A DNA stretch of 64,000 nucleotides from Trypanosoma brucei (Eukaryota). The notes beneath the pieces were generated by a model, which saw only the letters and a program-made list of their open reading frames with translations, was not told the DNA's origin and ran no database searches. How positions within the stretch are numbered: the stretch's first letter is position 1; each line of letters opens with the position of its first letter. The stretch lies in NCBI GenBank assembly GCA_000002445.1, contig CH464491.1, positions 1,152,001 through 1,216,000 of the forward strand. Reading direction: 5' to 3'. The position numbers and the translations under genes were made by a program. This document shows, piece by piece, positions 31,244 to 41,566 of the stretch.

Positions 31244-33121
31244 TCACCTCCTCTCCAGTTGCTTCCACATGGATGATCTTTCACCCGTTCGGCCGGTGGG
31301 GGCCTCGTGGCAAAAGCGCTGAGCGCGGTTCATCATGTCTTCGGCAGCGTCATCGGGGAGTGTTCCGAGGGCCCGCAGAGCCCCTTCCAGTTCTCCGGCA
31401 TAACCATCTGGCGGAACGTCAGGGACCGCTTGTGAGGAGTCATCCGGTCCCCCTTCACAGAACTCCTCCAAGCAAATGTCCAGAAGTTCGTTTGCATTGG
31501 CACCCTCGGATGTTGTGGTTACGGATGCAGTCTCGTTAAAAATGCCCGGCTCACCCTCTGGCCGAGGTAAGGACTGGTATTCTTGCTGAAGTTCAAGGAG
31601 AGTAGTGGGAAGTGTTCCATCAATTATTGCGGCAAGCTGCTCCGCGGTGCTTTGGTCAAGTGAAGTGAATTGCTGGACGGCCGCGCTGGCAACCAGGCCG
31701 GCAAGCCGAGTCAAACTCTCAGCCCCCCGCGTAAACCACGTGGAGGCGCGATCCATGGCGATACCACCTGCGAAAACAAGAGCCGTTCGGACGCCTTGGG
31801 CCCACGCACTTCCGGACACATGTGGATTGACGATCGCTCCTATAACCGTTTCATGAGCATAGATAACAAACCTTCGCAACTCAGCCGCTACATCGATATT
31901 AGGTCGACGTTCCTGTTCAAAAGCCCGCACTAGCTCCAGATTTTCCGCAACGAGACGAGCAAGCCTGTCAGCCTCCTGCTCAATGCGTCGCTGGCGCTCC
32001 TCCGGAGTAACGGGTCCAGCGTGCCGCCCCGCTGCAAGCCACTGTGTCGTCACTTCTGAAATGCGCGATTGGAAGTGGGCAAAGCTCTCCCAGTTCCCGA
32101 CGCAGATACCCAAGAAAGCAGTGGGATTTTCCCGTATCATCGACCGGATTAGAAGGTTACCGAGCCCGTGGGTCCCGAACTCACCATCGTTGGGTGGATT
32201 CCCCCTGGTTGTGGAGGCCAGTTGGCCAAGGAGGCTGAGGATCAAGCCATCGCTTACAATTTCGTCTTCGTCAGCTTCGGTTGTGTTGTTTTCGTTGCTG
32301 TGTGGTGCAGCGGCGTCCGCCGTTCGACCTGCGTTGTGTTCGGAAGAACGATGGTTCCCACTGATTTCGGATGTCGGCTCGACGTGTGTGCTTACACTCA
32401 ACGACGGAAGATAAATACGTCTCCCCAACCGTTCGAGACGATCCGGCAGCTCGTCAAGATCGTTCGTCGTCACGTGCAGATGAATATGGAGGGATGTCGG
32501 CTCTGGAGTGGAAGAGTTGCGGCCAATGAGAACACGAGTCGATTGGTGGTGTGTCTGCATATGTTGCTGTCCTGCCTGAGGTTCTTCCTGTGGCTGCTGG
32601 GATTGCTGAGTTTGATTTTGGGATTGAGTTCGAGTTTGTTGCGGAGTTTGGGTCCCTTCAAAACGACTAAAGGCCTGAACAGCTGCGGGAAGCATTGTCC
32701 GAGCAATTGACATCATTACGGGCACACCGTCGCGCGCGTTCCCAGTGGAAGCATTCCGTATATCCGGTATGATATTTGTTAAGAACTCAGTGAGACCTGT
32801 CGGGGACATGATGCTTGCGGTGATATCCATCCCCCCACTCACTCCACGTCGAGCATCACCACTGGTGTTATTATTTGCGGCCCCTGGCGAAACCACTACA
32901 TGGACAGTAGTGCCATCTTGCAGGAAGGAGCTTAAAGGGCGTGATCCATCGATAAGCTGGCCCATGTGGATGAGGCGTAGCTGCTCCGGCGGAGCCCCGA
33001 GTCGCTCTCCTATGCGGCGGCGCAGGCCCTCAACACCTTCTTCGACATCAACCTCTAAACCATTAATTGTGTGTTCGGGTCGTGCACCGGAGACGTTGAT
33101 GTGCATTATGCCCCCACACAC
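31244..33121 (-). CDS. ubiquitin-like (UBL) domain protein, BAG6/ubiquilin-like architecture, Q-rich middle (625 aa)
   Basis: The N-terminus MHINVSGARPEHTINGLEVDVEEGVEGLRRRIGERLGAPPEQLRLIHMGQLIDGSRPLSSFLQDGTTVHVVV has a beta-grasp ubiquitin-like pattern. A Q-rich low-complexity region follows. It is the first gene of the minus-strand cluster. Confidence 0.6.
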   Translation of the reverse strand: MCGGIMHINVSGARPEHTINGLEVDVEEGVEGLRRRIGERLGAPPEQLRLIHMGQLIDGSRPLSSFLQDGTTVHVVVSPGAANNNTSGDARRGVSGGMDITASIMSPTGLTEFLTNIIPDIRNASTGNARDGVPVMMSIARTMLPAAVQAFSRFEGTQTPQQTRTQSQNQTQQSQQPQEEPQAGQQHMQTHHQSTRVLIGRNSSTPEPTSLHIHLHVTTNDLDELPDRLERLGRRIYLPSLSVSTHVEPTSEISGNHRSSEHNAGRTADAAAPHSNENNTTEADEDEIVSDGLILSLLGQLASTTRGNPPNDGEFGTHGLGNLLIRSMIRENPTAFLGICVGNWESFAHFQSRISEVTTQWLAAGRHAGPVTPEERQRRIEQEADRLARLVAENLELVRAFEQERRPNIDVAAELRRFVIYAHETVIGAIVNPHVSGSAWAQGVRTALVFAGGIAMDRASTWFTRGAESLTRLAGLVASAAVQQFTSLDQSTAEQLAAIIDGTLPTTLLELQQEYQSLPRPEGEPGIFNETASVTTTSEGANANELLDICLEEFCEGGPDDSSQAVPDVPPDGYAGELEGALRALGTLPDDAAEDMMNRAQRFCHEAPTGRTGERSSMWKQLERR

Positions 33122-33449
33122 ACACTAGCTGCTATTTCCCTACTAACTTTACAGCGGATTCCTACTTTGAAATTCGATCACTATCGTACAACGAACGATA
33201 AGCATAAAAAATGAACTGACATGTGCGTATACGCGGTATTGTGTCACATCGTGTGGGGCAGAGAATAGAGAACAAAGTAAGTGGAGGAATTCAAAACGCG
33301 TATATATCACCGCTATAACAATAAGTGGAAAGAGGAGGAGTCCTCTGCGCACTGCCCACTAGGATCCGAGTCGTGGGCACTAGCAGCACGGGGCCACACA
33401 AATACGTGCATCATCCCGCATGGAGAAGCTGTGAACACGGCCCCATCGT

Positions 33450-34091
33450 TCAATCGAGGTCATATTCAAATTTAATCTTGGAAGCGCACTCCCGAACCGC
33501 TTCAATCTTGGACGCCACACACTCAGTCATCCAACCGCTTTCGCGCACCAAGTGTTCCGCATCACTGATCATCAGTTCACCAAGATTTAAATGCTGCATC
33601 ATAAGCAAGCTGCCATAATACGGAGCGTAGTTGATACGCCGTTCCCCCATCGTCAACCTTCTGACGATGTAACGTTTTTTCGCAGCATCCGAAAGCTGAA
33701 GAAACTCATGCAGTGGAGTCTCCTCGTCATCTGGCCAGTTGGGCAACCTGTCACACCTATCCTTTTCGTCTAGAGTCGCGTGTTCCTCAACCTCAGCATC
33801 GAGAGCAGCTTGGTATCTATCATGCATGCCAGGCTCATAGTGCACACGTCCAAAGAAGGCGTTCTCCCAACTCTTCGCCATGCGCCGGCGCTCCTCCACC
33901 GTGGCTTTTGATGCCTTCGGGGTCTCTCCAGAGTCACCGCTGCCACCACTATTTGCGCCACTCGTCTCATCCCCTCCGGCACCACGCCGATCCCCAGCGA
34001 AGGTTGAGTAAAAGGAAAATGACACTAATCCACGGTTACATCCGCAATATGCCCGCCCTCGTACCGGTGCCCTGCACGCAGTGGAAAGCAT
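33450..34091 (-). CDS. hypothetical protein (213 aa), basic N-terminus suggestive of organellar targeting
   Basis: The ORF is in the cluster orientation. The N-terminus MLSTACRAPVRGRAYCG is R-rich. I recognise no domain. Confidence 0.4.
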   Translation of the reverse strand: MLSTACRAPVRGRAYCGCNRGLVSFSFYSTFAGDRRGAGGDETSGANSGGSGDSGETPKASKATVEERRRMAKSWENAFFGRVHYEPGMHDRYQAALDAEVEEHATLDEKDRCDRLPNWPDDEETPLHEFLQLSDAAKKRYIVRRLTMGERRINYAPYYGSLLMMQHLNLGELMISDAEHLVRESGWMTECVASKIEAVRECASKIKFEYDLD

Positions 34092-34489
34092 ACCACCTCC
34101 ATTCCCCGCGCGGGTTCGAAAACAGAATTCAGCGAAACGAAAAAAAAAAGAAGAGTGAGGAAAATTTTATGAAGCCCCACCAGAAAATAATTGTACACTA
34201 GCAGAAGGAGGGGAATCTCCCTTCACCCGGCAGTAAGATGAAATATTTTCAGAGGCTCCGTTACTGAGAACAAGATCTCATGAAACAGGTCCGCACGGTT
34301 TTGCCAAAGGGTGTCCTGCTTGATCTCCCACAGAATGCGGGCCACACAGTAGCTAGGGAAGGCGTCTCGCCTCTTGTTTCCTGTGGCTTCGTCCGCAAGC
34401 AGCACCTCTTTTGCACGCCTCTATCGCAGACATAAACACGCGACAAGACGTGATATAAACTCACGATAAAAAATGATGTCACAAATTTC

Positions 34490-36415
34490 TCAAATCTCAC
34501 CCGTTTCACCATCGAGCGTCACCATGACAGCAGTTTCCTGCACATCATCCACCAAAACAACTCCTTCCGCCCCCTCACCAAACATACCGCGGTTTACCCT
34601 CAATCGAAGCGCACCACTCGCGTTATGAGAGAGCGCATCTACCTTCCGCGGGCACATATACAAGGCACCTCCGGCGCTAACGGGGCACCCTTGCCCTGCT
34701 GCTGCAAAGCACATCGCGCGGTCGGAGAGCCAAACGAATACTTTGGACTCACAATTGTCCGTTGTAATGAGTAACGGTTCGTCCTGCCCCACAGACGTAC
34801 TCGCGGTAGACCGACTTCCATCACCGCAGGACGCACTGCCACCCTGCGCCACCTTTCCCGTACCATCATCCCTCCCATGCCGAAGCGGCTGCATGTAATG
34901 GCGGCGCTGGAACTGCCAGTATTTCGAGTGTGGTGAAGGCGGCCAGTATAGTCCCACTGCATTCGCGCGGTGACATAAAACCGACAACACTCTCTGCTGA
35001 ACAACGTCAATCACAATAACAGTGCTGGGCCACAGCGGTAATATAACAGCTGCCAACTTCCCGGATGCACTGATTGCTGCCAGACCGGCAGCACCGAGCT
35101 CCTTGTCATCCCCAGCAGCTGCCCATCCGTCATACTTCCCTAGACACGCAACATCACTCGAGTTCCGCTTATCCCCTCCACTCAACTGTAAGAATTCCAC
35201 AAAAGACTTCTCCGGTGACGAAGGTTCTTCCATCACCGTTAGCTCCCCCATTTTAAAAGGAAGCACAACGTCAGAATCAAAAAAGATACGCCGTAATGCC
35301 ACTACCCGCTTCTTGGAAGCGATCACTGCACGGCATGCCCTTCCGAACACAATAAGAAGCACATTGCCACACTTCGAAGCAGTCACATTTCGCACACCCG
35401 TTGGCTCATAATGTAGCAAACGGGTGCCATCGTAAGTTGTAAGCGCAACGGAGCCTTGAGTGTAATCTACTAACGCGATACCTCCTTGAAGTGGAATGCA
35501 GTCCGAAACACAAGGTACAAATTTGGCAATTGAGAAGGCGTGAAGCCCCTCATGTGTCGTGGCCGACAGCACAACAAGCCACTCACTCCGCCTCTGAAAA
35601 CATTTAGAGTCGGCGTTAGTTTGTTCCATGGCCGCCTGTGACTGAAGAGCATCTTCGCTGGATGCCGAATGCACCGAATCCTTTTCCGCATGAACTGCCG
35701 AGAGTGGCGAGTGCAGTAGTTTCGGTGTTACATAGAACAGGAAGCGATGACACAAAGAGAACCGGATTAGGGCAGCCTCGCTGACAGGTTTGCCTGGCCA
35801 CAAACTACCGCCACTTCTATCATCACTTCCGACTTTTCTACCACCACTGCGAGAGCGGAGTGGCGACGCATTACGCTGTCCTTGTGACGGTACAGTCAGC
35901 CGCAGCCCTGCCAACTGGGCGGAGTACTTCACACCTCCCGGTAGTTGCATTAGCTGACTATCCAGGAGAGAAAACACATGCGCATGCAAAAGGCCAACCC
36001 AATATACTGCACGAGACGACGGGTGCCAATGCATAGCGCGGAGTCCCACCACCCCGGCATCCACGCGAGCTACGCAGATCTTTCCATACACACTCACAAT
36101 TTCTATAATTCCTCTTCGCGCCAGCAATAAGGCCACAAGCGTACTGTCAGGTGACCATTGAAGTTCGTGTATTTCATCGAGAGCTGTGTATTTTGATATG
36201 ACCGAATCGTTCCGACACGCGGGGGGCACGACATCACCGTTTGATACAGGGGGAACAACATCATTGGGCGTCGTGGCGGTTTCCCCCTTCAGCTGGCAGG
36301 TGCGGCGGACGTAGTCAATAAACACAACAACCAGACCCTTTTTGACTATTGCGTAAAGACTTCGATTGGGTGACAGTGCGCATAGTTTACCGTTGTCCAC
36401 AGCTAGCACGCGCAT
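34490..36415 (-). CDS. hypothetical protein (641 aa), possible beta-propeller/WD-like segments
   Basis: The long ORF is in the cluster orientation. Segments such as WSPDSTLVALLLARRGIIEIVSV and GSVALTTYDGTRLLHYEPTG resemble WD/beta-strand repeats, but no canonical WD dipeptides could be verified. Confidence 0.45.
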   Translation of the reverse strand: MRVLAVDNGKLCALSPNRSLYAIVKKGLVVVFIDYVRRTCQLKGETATTPNDVVPPVSNGDVVPPACRNDSVISKYTALDEIHELQWSPDSTLVALLLARRGIIEIVSVYGKICVARVDAGVVGLRAMHWHPSSRAVYWVGLLHAHVFSLLDSQLMQLPGGVKYSAQLAGLRLTVPSQGQRNASPLRSRSGGRKVGSDDRSGGSLWPGKPVSEAALIRFSLCHRFLFYVTPKLLHSPLSAVHAEKDSVHSASSEDALQSQAAMEQTNADSKCFQRRSEWLVVLSATTHEGLHAFSIAKFVPCVSDCIPLQGGIALVDYTQGSVALTTYDGTRLLHYEPTGVRNVTASKCGNVLLIVFGRACRAVIASKKRVVALRRIFFDSDVVLPFKMGELTVMEEPSSPEKSFVEFLQLSGGDKRNSSDVACLGKYDGWAAAGDDKELGAAGLAAISASGKLAAVILPLWPSTVIVIDVVQQRVLSVLCHRANAVGLYWPPSPHSKYWQFQRRHYMQPLRHGRDDGTGKVAQGGSASCGDGSRSTASTSVGQDEPLLITTDNCESKVFVWLSDRAMCFAAAGQGCPVSAGGALYMCPRKVDALSHNASGALRLRVNRGMFGEGAEGVVLVDDVQETAVMVTLDGETGEI

Positions 36416-37067
36416 GTCCCGGTCTAAACGCTAAAACAAACAAAGTGAAAAAAAAGAAGCAAAAATGAGGAGGAAAATGAAGCTTAAGCAAAGACTAACA
36501 GAAAACACGACGTGAAAAGAGCGACTTCCAAGAGGAAACAATAAGGGACTCGTGCATAACCATTTAGAAGCCACCCTCAGCACTGGTGCAACGTGCCAAA
36601 ACCGGCAATACCAGTGGGGGAAGGTACAGCGTCGACAGGGTCTGCGCATTCTGAGAGTGTGTGTGTGCCCCCTTCCCCTCGCATACACACACAATGACCT
36701 GGTTCCGCAACGGATTATAAATACCAACCGAGGAAGAGTGCACTCAGATGCTCCTCTCTTTTTTTAAAGAAAAAAAATCCTCTGGGAATAAACCCATGCA
36801 CCCATGTTTGCGTTGGTCCTCAAAGAGTCACAAAACCACCGGTGGATCAACGCTCCCGCCATTTATGCATCAGACCACACCTTACTAAACCCCCTTAGCT
36901 ACCGTTGACATCCTGATACTACAAGCCGGTTGAGCTTACCCTATATCCACACATGCGCGTAAACACACTTGTACATGCGTGTCACCCCGATCCGTAACCT
37001 CGTTGACAACGTGTTAACAATTCAGAAAACTCGAAGCCATCTGTCTCTGTCGGTTTGTCATCCGTCA

Positions 37068-40000
37068 TCAGTATCCACAAATAAGGGGTTCTCCACTGTT
37101 ATCTCCAGTTCCACCACACGGTAAAGGTACCAGGGGAGTGGCACAAGTCTCTACCACATCACCTGTTACGGTGGCAAACAGGGAAGCACACCCCGAGCCA
37201 TCGGAATCCCAAACTTCATGATATGTCACGCGGTGCTTAAGTAATGCGTTGCCTCCCATGAGGATCACCATCGCCTGAACCATGCACTGCATTTCAATCT
37301 CTGTTTGCTGGAAGAAGATCCCCAAATCAGTGGAGTTGTCGACCTCGTACGCCTCGCGAATGAAGTGTTGGGAGAGCCGCCCCACGTAACGTTTGATAGC
37401 CTGCCCCGCAACAAAATCTTGAGATGTAAATATCACAACAGGGTCTCCCGCCTCCAGTTCTCCCGGATCAGACGGAATTCGGCGCATTGGCTCATGAAGT
37501 AAATATCCACCACCCGCAACTTCCGACGAAATTGGTGTGGTCTCACACTGTTGGGCGTTAGACCTCGGTCGCCTATTTGTTTGGCTCCCCGTGGGTTTTA
37601 AGATATTTCCCACGAAAGCTGTGACTTTTGAGGCAAAGGTTCGTAGTTTGCGCCCTATGACGCCATGGCGCCTTCTGTTGTCACTGTAGAATTCAAACGC
37701 ATCGGAGGGCGCAGAAACTGGTGCGACGATCCTCTCGTTCCACCATTGAGCGGGATTTACTGCATCCACCTTGAAAACATACGGAAGCGTATAAGGTGCG
37801 TTGCTCATCGTAAAGACTCTCGGCTCAGCGTCCTGTGGCGCAGGCCCAGCCCCGCAGCTACTGCTTCCAAGTGGCGGAGAACGAAGTCCATCCACCATAT
37901 GTGTTTCTCCATGACTGTTCGAGCCGTGATCAACAGGTTTTGTGTCGGCGTCTAAATAACGCATGCATTCGCTGAAGGAGCGTTTCTCTAACTCCATCAA
38001 GCGGATTTGCTGCTCAGTCGTGCACGTCATGAGACATCCCTCCATTCGAAGATGTAGTTCTCCCGAATTCGGCTCGAAAAAGAAATCACACGCGTAACTT
38101 GTAACACAAAGTCTAGACAACGAAGAACGGCCACAGCGGCGTAGCGCCGCCCGGCACACTGTCTGGACATAGGAACGTTTGGCGTTAGCAACACATTCGC
38201 TAACAGTTGCTACCGCTGTGGCACCGTGATATGTCCGAGGAAGTGCGAAACGGGTGTTTAACACAACACGCTCCTGGGAACCGTACATATTTGCTGATTC
38301 CGGTACATACGGTATCGTAACCATCAAACTATCTTCAAACGATAGATCTCCGATCATTCCAAGCATCATCTCTGCCTCTTCTTCATCATCGATCTTGACA
38401 ATATAGTCTGTAGTTTTATCGGCTTTCCCAGCCCCACCAGGTTCGTGGTTGCTGCAAGACCCACCAAAAGATTCGTTGTCATCCCAATGGTCAGACATGA
38501 AATCATCCGCACAAACCTCAAAAGGATCGCAGGAAGAGTCTGAGCCACGTAGGTTGCTGTTAGCGAACCGGGCGCCAATGTTCATTGCGAGGCCACCCAG
38601 ACGATGATGCCGACTACGCCCAAGCTGCTCAGCTACAGCCTCGAGGCGAATTACAGACTCCTTGTTTCGTATTGCAGGGTCAAGCACCTCCACACGAGGG
38701 GGCGACGGCACGGGAAGACCCACAAGGCAGCAGCCCGTCCCCGTCAGCGTTCCAATAATGGTGTCGTGTGAAATGCTAAGGGTGATGCGAATACCAAAGA
38801 CGGCATTCAGTTTTTGGAACTTGAGATTGAAGAGAAGTTGTTTGTGCAAAGAATACTCAATGTACGGCAACGCTTGCGACACAGCAAGAGCGAGTCCAAC
38901 ACCACGAATTGCACTCTTTTCCTTCGTCACAACGGCCTGAACGAGCCGCGGTCGTTCTCTGTAAATGAGTTCCTGCGGCATCGCACATGATGTAAGAAGT
39001 ACTTCGGGTACCAACCTAGAGTGGCAGACATTGCACATAAATTGGTTTGCGTCCTCCTCTGTTGCATCCTTGTATCGCACCACTGGAGCGTATAGGTGGA
39101 GCAACGAGCACGCCTTTCTCGCGGCAAACCTTTTCCTCACTGATTGGTACAGAAGTTCCGGACCACAGCGAAGCGGGTGAAGTGTAAGATTAAGCATGAC
39201 AGCCGTGCCGAAAAGTGATAGCACCACCACGTCTTCGTGGTATAGCACCGCCTCCTCATAACCGATAACGACATTACAGTGAAAAGCACGAGCATTGGCC
39301 CTCAGCTCTTCCCGCAGTTCCATCCACCATGCATCGCGTTCTTGAGAAATGAGGTGTCTAGATTTCATCTTGGCTACGATCTTCACGGACATGGCACTGA
39401 TGTGACCACCGACGTGCTCTACGGTTCCGCAAGGCAGGTCCTTTACGGTCAATAAAAGGACGTTTGTTCGCATCCCCGTGGGTGCCGGTGGCAGCGACTC
39501 CATAGAAGGATTGTCTCCTCTCGTAGCGCCTGGTGAGTTGCTTTCATGTACGAAGGGTATGAGAGCGCTCGTCCCGTGAAAACTTGACGTCTGCTGCGCT
39601 GCAGTGGAGATGCCTAACCGTTGCTGTTGCGGTTGCTGCGCTGCTTGCACTGCTTCCTGTTCAAGACACCGGATATTCATGGCGACCACATTGTTACCAG
39701 CTAGGTCACCATGTCCAACAGCTGGTGGCATTTGTAGCGGTGTCGGCATGGAGCAATGCATAGCAACAGGCGAATCGCTCATGGGGGGAGTCAGCCTCTT
39801 CACTACCTGTATTTGTGCCGCTGGCACCGTATCTGCACCCCCTGGATCAACGAACTTCACTGCGGAGAGAACACATGGAGTGCCGTAGGCACGTACGATT
39901 ATACCGTTAGCCTCCATGTCAAACTCCTCTACGTAACCAAGTACTGCGTTGCACTGCATTTCCACCACCTTACGCGCCAACTGACGCCTAACTTTTCCAC

Positions 40001-40775
40001 TCAACTTGTACAGTTGAATGATGCGTGCTTCATTAGTGGATCGTGTGCTTCGCAGGTTCGTGAGTTTGGAATGCTCGGGGTCTGCCTTCACGATTAACTC
40101 CTCCACCATTGTAAGCATAGTCTCCACACGATACACGGAAGGGTCCAATCTCCACGCAGAAAAAATAAGAACTCCCTCATCCCCCATGGTGAAAGAGGGA
40201 TGTTGCGCCCGCGCTGCTCGCAGTGGTTCCAAATCGCTTGACATTTGCATAAAGGCGGCCGAAGGTACAGCTTGTGGCTGTTGACTGGTCTCCCCGCGAG
40301 TGTGGGGGCTCCTCGTGTTTTGTGGTGAAGGTAGTTTGCAGACGTACCGCTTAGGCAGACGCGGGGCTAGTGGATTCTCCGCTGTGTGAAACTTTATCTT
40401 TAGCGTAAGGCGAATCTCCCCCCGTATGCCTTCAGTGCTAGTGTCAAAGAGAGGGAACCAGCCACTCATGGAAGCATTGCTCTTCAGGACCATAGAATTG
40501 AGGTCCACAAAGGTGTGTCCCACGATGTCGTCGCGACTGAAAATGTCGTGGTCATAGACGCGCACTTCGAGCGGGTCCTCCTGCAAAACAAGCAGGTCCG
40601 GCGTGTCAAAGCGGAAAACTCTGTTCCATACGGGATGGCACGACATGCGGGAAATATCTGTAGTGTATTCAAGGTCATCGAGCTTCACCACAACGTAGGT
40701 ATCAGCGAGACCCGTTGTGCGGTCCATGACGGGGAGGTCACGCGCCTCATGTACGGTCACCGTCAGTGTTGCCAT
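37068..40775 (-). CDS. C2 domain-containing protein (1235 aa)
   Basis: The N-terminus MATLTVTVHEARDLPVMDRTTGLADTYVVVKLDDLEYTTDISRMSCHPVWNRVFRFD...LEVRVYDHDIFSRDDIVGHTFVDL has the classic C2 pattern: basic/hydrophobic strand, D-x-x-G-x-x-DPYV-like, WNE.F, V.D.D.....D.IG. Confidence 0.7.
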   Translation of the reverse strand: MATLTVTVHEARDLPVMDRTTGLADTYVVVKLDDLEYTTDISRMSCHPVWNRVFRFDTPDLLVLQEDPLEVRVYDHDIFSRDDIVGHTFVDLNSMVLKSNASMSGWFPLFDTSTEGIRGEIRLTLKIKFHTAENPLAPRLPKRYVCKLPSPQNTRSPHTRGETSQQPQAVPSAAFMQMSSDLEPLRAARAQHPSFTMGDEGVLIFSAWRLDPSVYRVETMLTMVEELIVKADPEHSKLTNLRSTRSTNEARIIQLYKLSGKVRRQLARKVVEMQCNAVLGYVEEFDMEANGIIVRAYGTPCVLSAVKFVDPGGADTVPAAQIQVVKRLTPPMSDSPVAMHCSMPTPLQMPPAVGHGDLAGNNVVAMNIRCLEQEAVQAAQQPQQQRLGISTAAQQTSSFHGTSALIPFVHESNSPGATRGDNPSMESLPPAPTGMRTNVLLLTVKDLPCGTVEHVGGHISAMSVKIVAKMKSRHLISQERDAWWMELREELRANARAFHCNVVIGYEEAVLYHEDVVVLSLFGTAVMLNLTLHPLRCGPELLYQSVRKRFAARKACSLLHLYAPVVRYKDATEEDANQFMCNVCHSRLVPEVLLTSCAMPQELIYRERPRLVQAVVTKEKSAIRGVGLALAVSQALPYIEYSLHKQLLFNLKFQKLNAVFGIRITLSISHDTIIGTLTGTGCCLVGLPVPSPPRVEVLDPAIRNKESVIRLEAVAEQLGRSRHHRLGGLAMNIGARFANSNLRGSDSSCDPFEVCADDFMSDHWDDNESFGGSCSNHEPGGAGKADKTTDYIVKIDDEEEAEMMLGMIGDLSFEDSLMVTIPYVPESANMYGSQERVVLNTRFALPRTYHGATAVATVSECVANAKRSYVQTVCRAALRRCGRSSLSRLCVTSYACDFFFEPNSGELHLRMEGCLMTCTTEQQIRLMELEKRSFSECMRYLDADTKPVDHGSNSHGETHMVDGLRSPPLGSSSCGAGPAPQDAEPRVFTMSNAPYTLPYVFKVDAVNPAQWWNERIVAPVSAPSDAFEFYSDNRRRHGVIGRKLRTFASKVTAFVGNILKPTGSQTNRRPRSNAQQCETTPISSEVAGGGYLLHEPMRRIPSDPGELEAGDPVVIFTSQDFVAGQAIKRYVGRLSQHFIREAYEVDNSTDLGIFFQQTEIEMQCMVQAMVILMGGNALLKHRVTYHEVWDSDGSGCASLFATVTGDVVETCATPLVPLPCGGTGDNSGEPLICGY

Positions 40776-41100
40776 GTACCGATTCGCAAAATAGCGAACA
40801 CTAATAATGTCACAATTGTTACAATACCTTTTTTGGGGGTGTTTATTTTTGTTTGCCTATCGTCGATACCGAAAAATATGCACGGCACTCTGTAAATTAT
40901 GACTTAATCCCCTTACCAGTAGTACCAACACCTTGAATATCGCAGGCAAGCGAAGATTATGCGCAGTTGATGTACTGGCACCAAACGTAGATAGGAAAAC
41001 GTACAAGACAAATTTTATGCATTCGCATAGTTTGCGCAAGAATAGAGAGTGAATTAACTTGAAATACAACACAAGGAATGGGCATCTTTTTTTTCTTCCT

Positions 41101-41112
41101 GGGGGGGGGGGG
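41101..41112. repeat. G12 homopolymer
   Basis: gggggggggggg. Confidence 0.9.
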
Positions 41113-41542
41113 TACGATTGAAGGAGACACGCGGCAACCAAATGATAGCTTAAACAAAATAAGGAAACGCAAAGGCGAAAGCATCTCCCCACAAAGAGAA
41201 AATGGCAATAATTATAATTAGGAAATCTCTGCACGCGGTCTCGAGGTAAAACGGTACTGGTAGACACTGAACTTGTGTTGCAGAGGAGATCCGATAATAC
41301 GCAAAGACGGCACGCCTCGGCACACACTGTAGAGTAACAAACGTAATACAGACAGCAAATGAAATAAAATTAAAAAGGGGGATGTTAAAGTGTAAAAACA
41401 CCAAGACTCCTGACATAATCAAGCGGCGGCAATGTAAAATAGAGATAACATCACGGTCATCTTCCTCTCCCCTCTTAAACCCGAAAAAAGCTAATGCCAC
41501 AAAAGTGGTTCTATTTCTCCCTACTTGGCCACACACGCGCCA

Positions 41543-41566
41543 ATATATATATATATATATATATAT
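41543..41566. repeat. (AT)12 microsatellite abutting the stop codon of the DUSP gene
   Basis: The sequence is atatatatatatatatatatatat, and the minus-strand CDS ends at 41566. Confidence 0.9.
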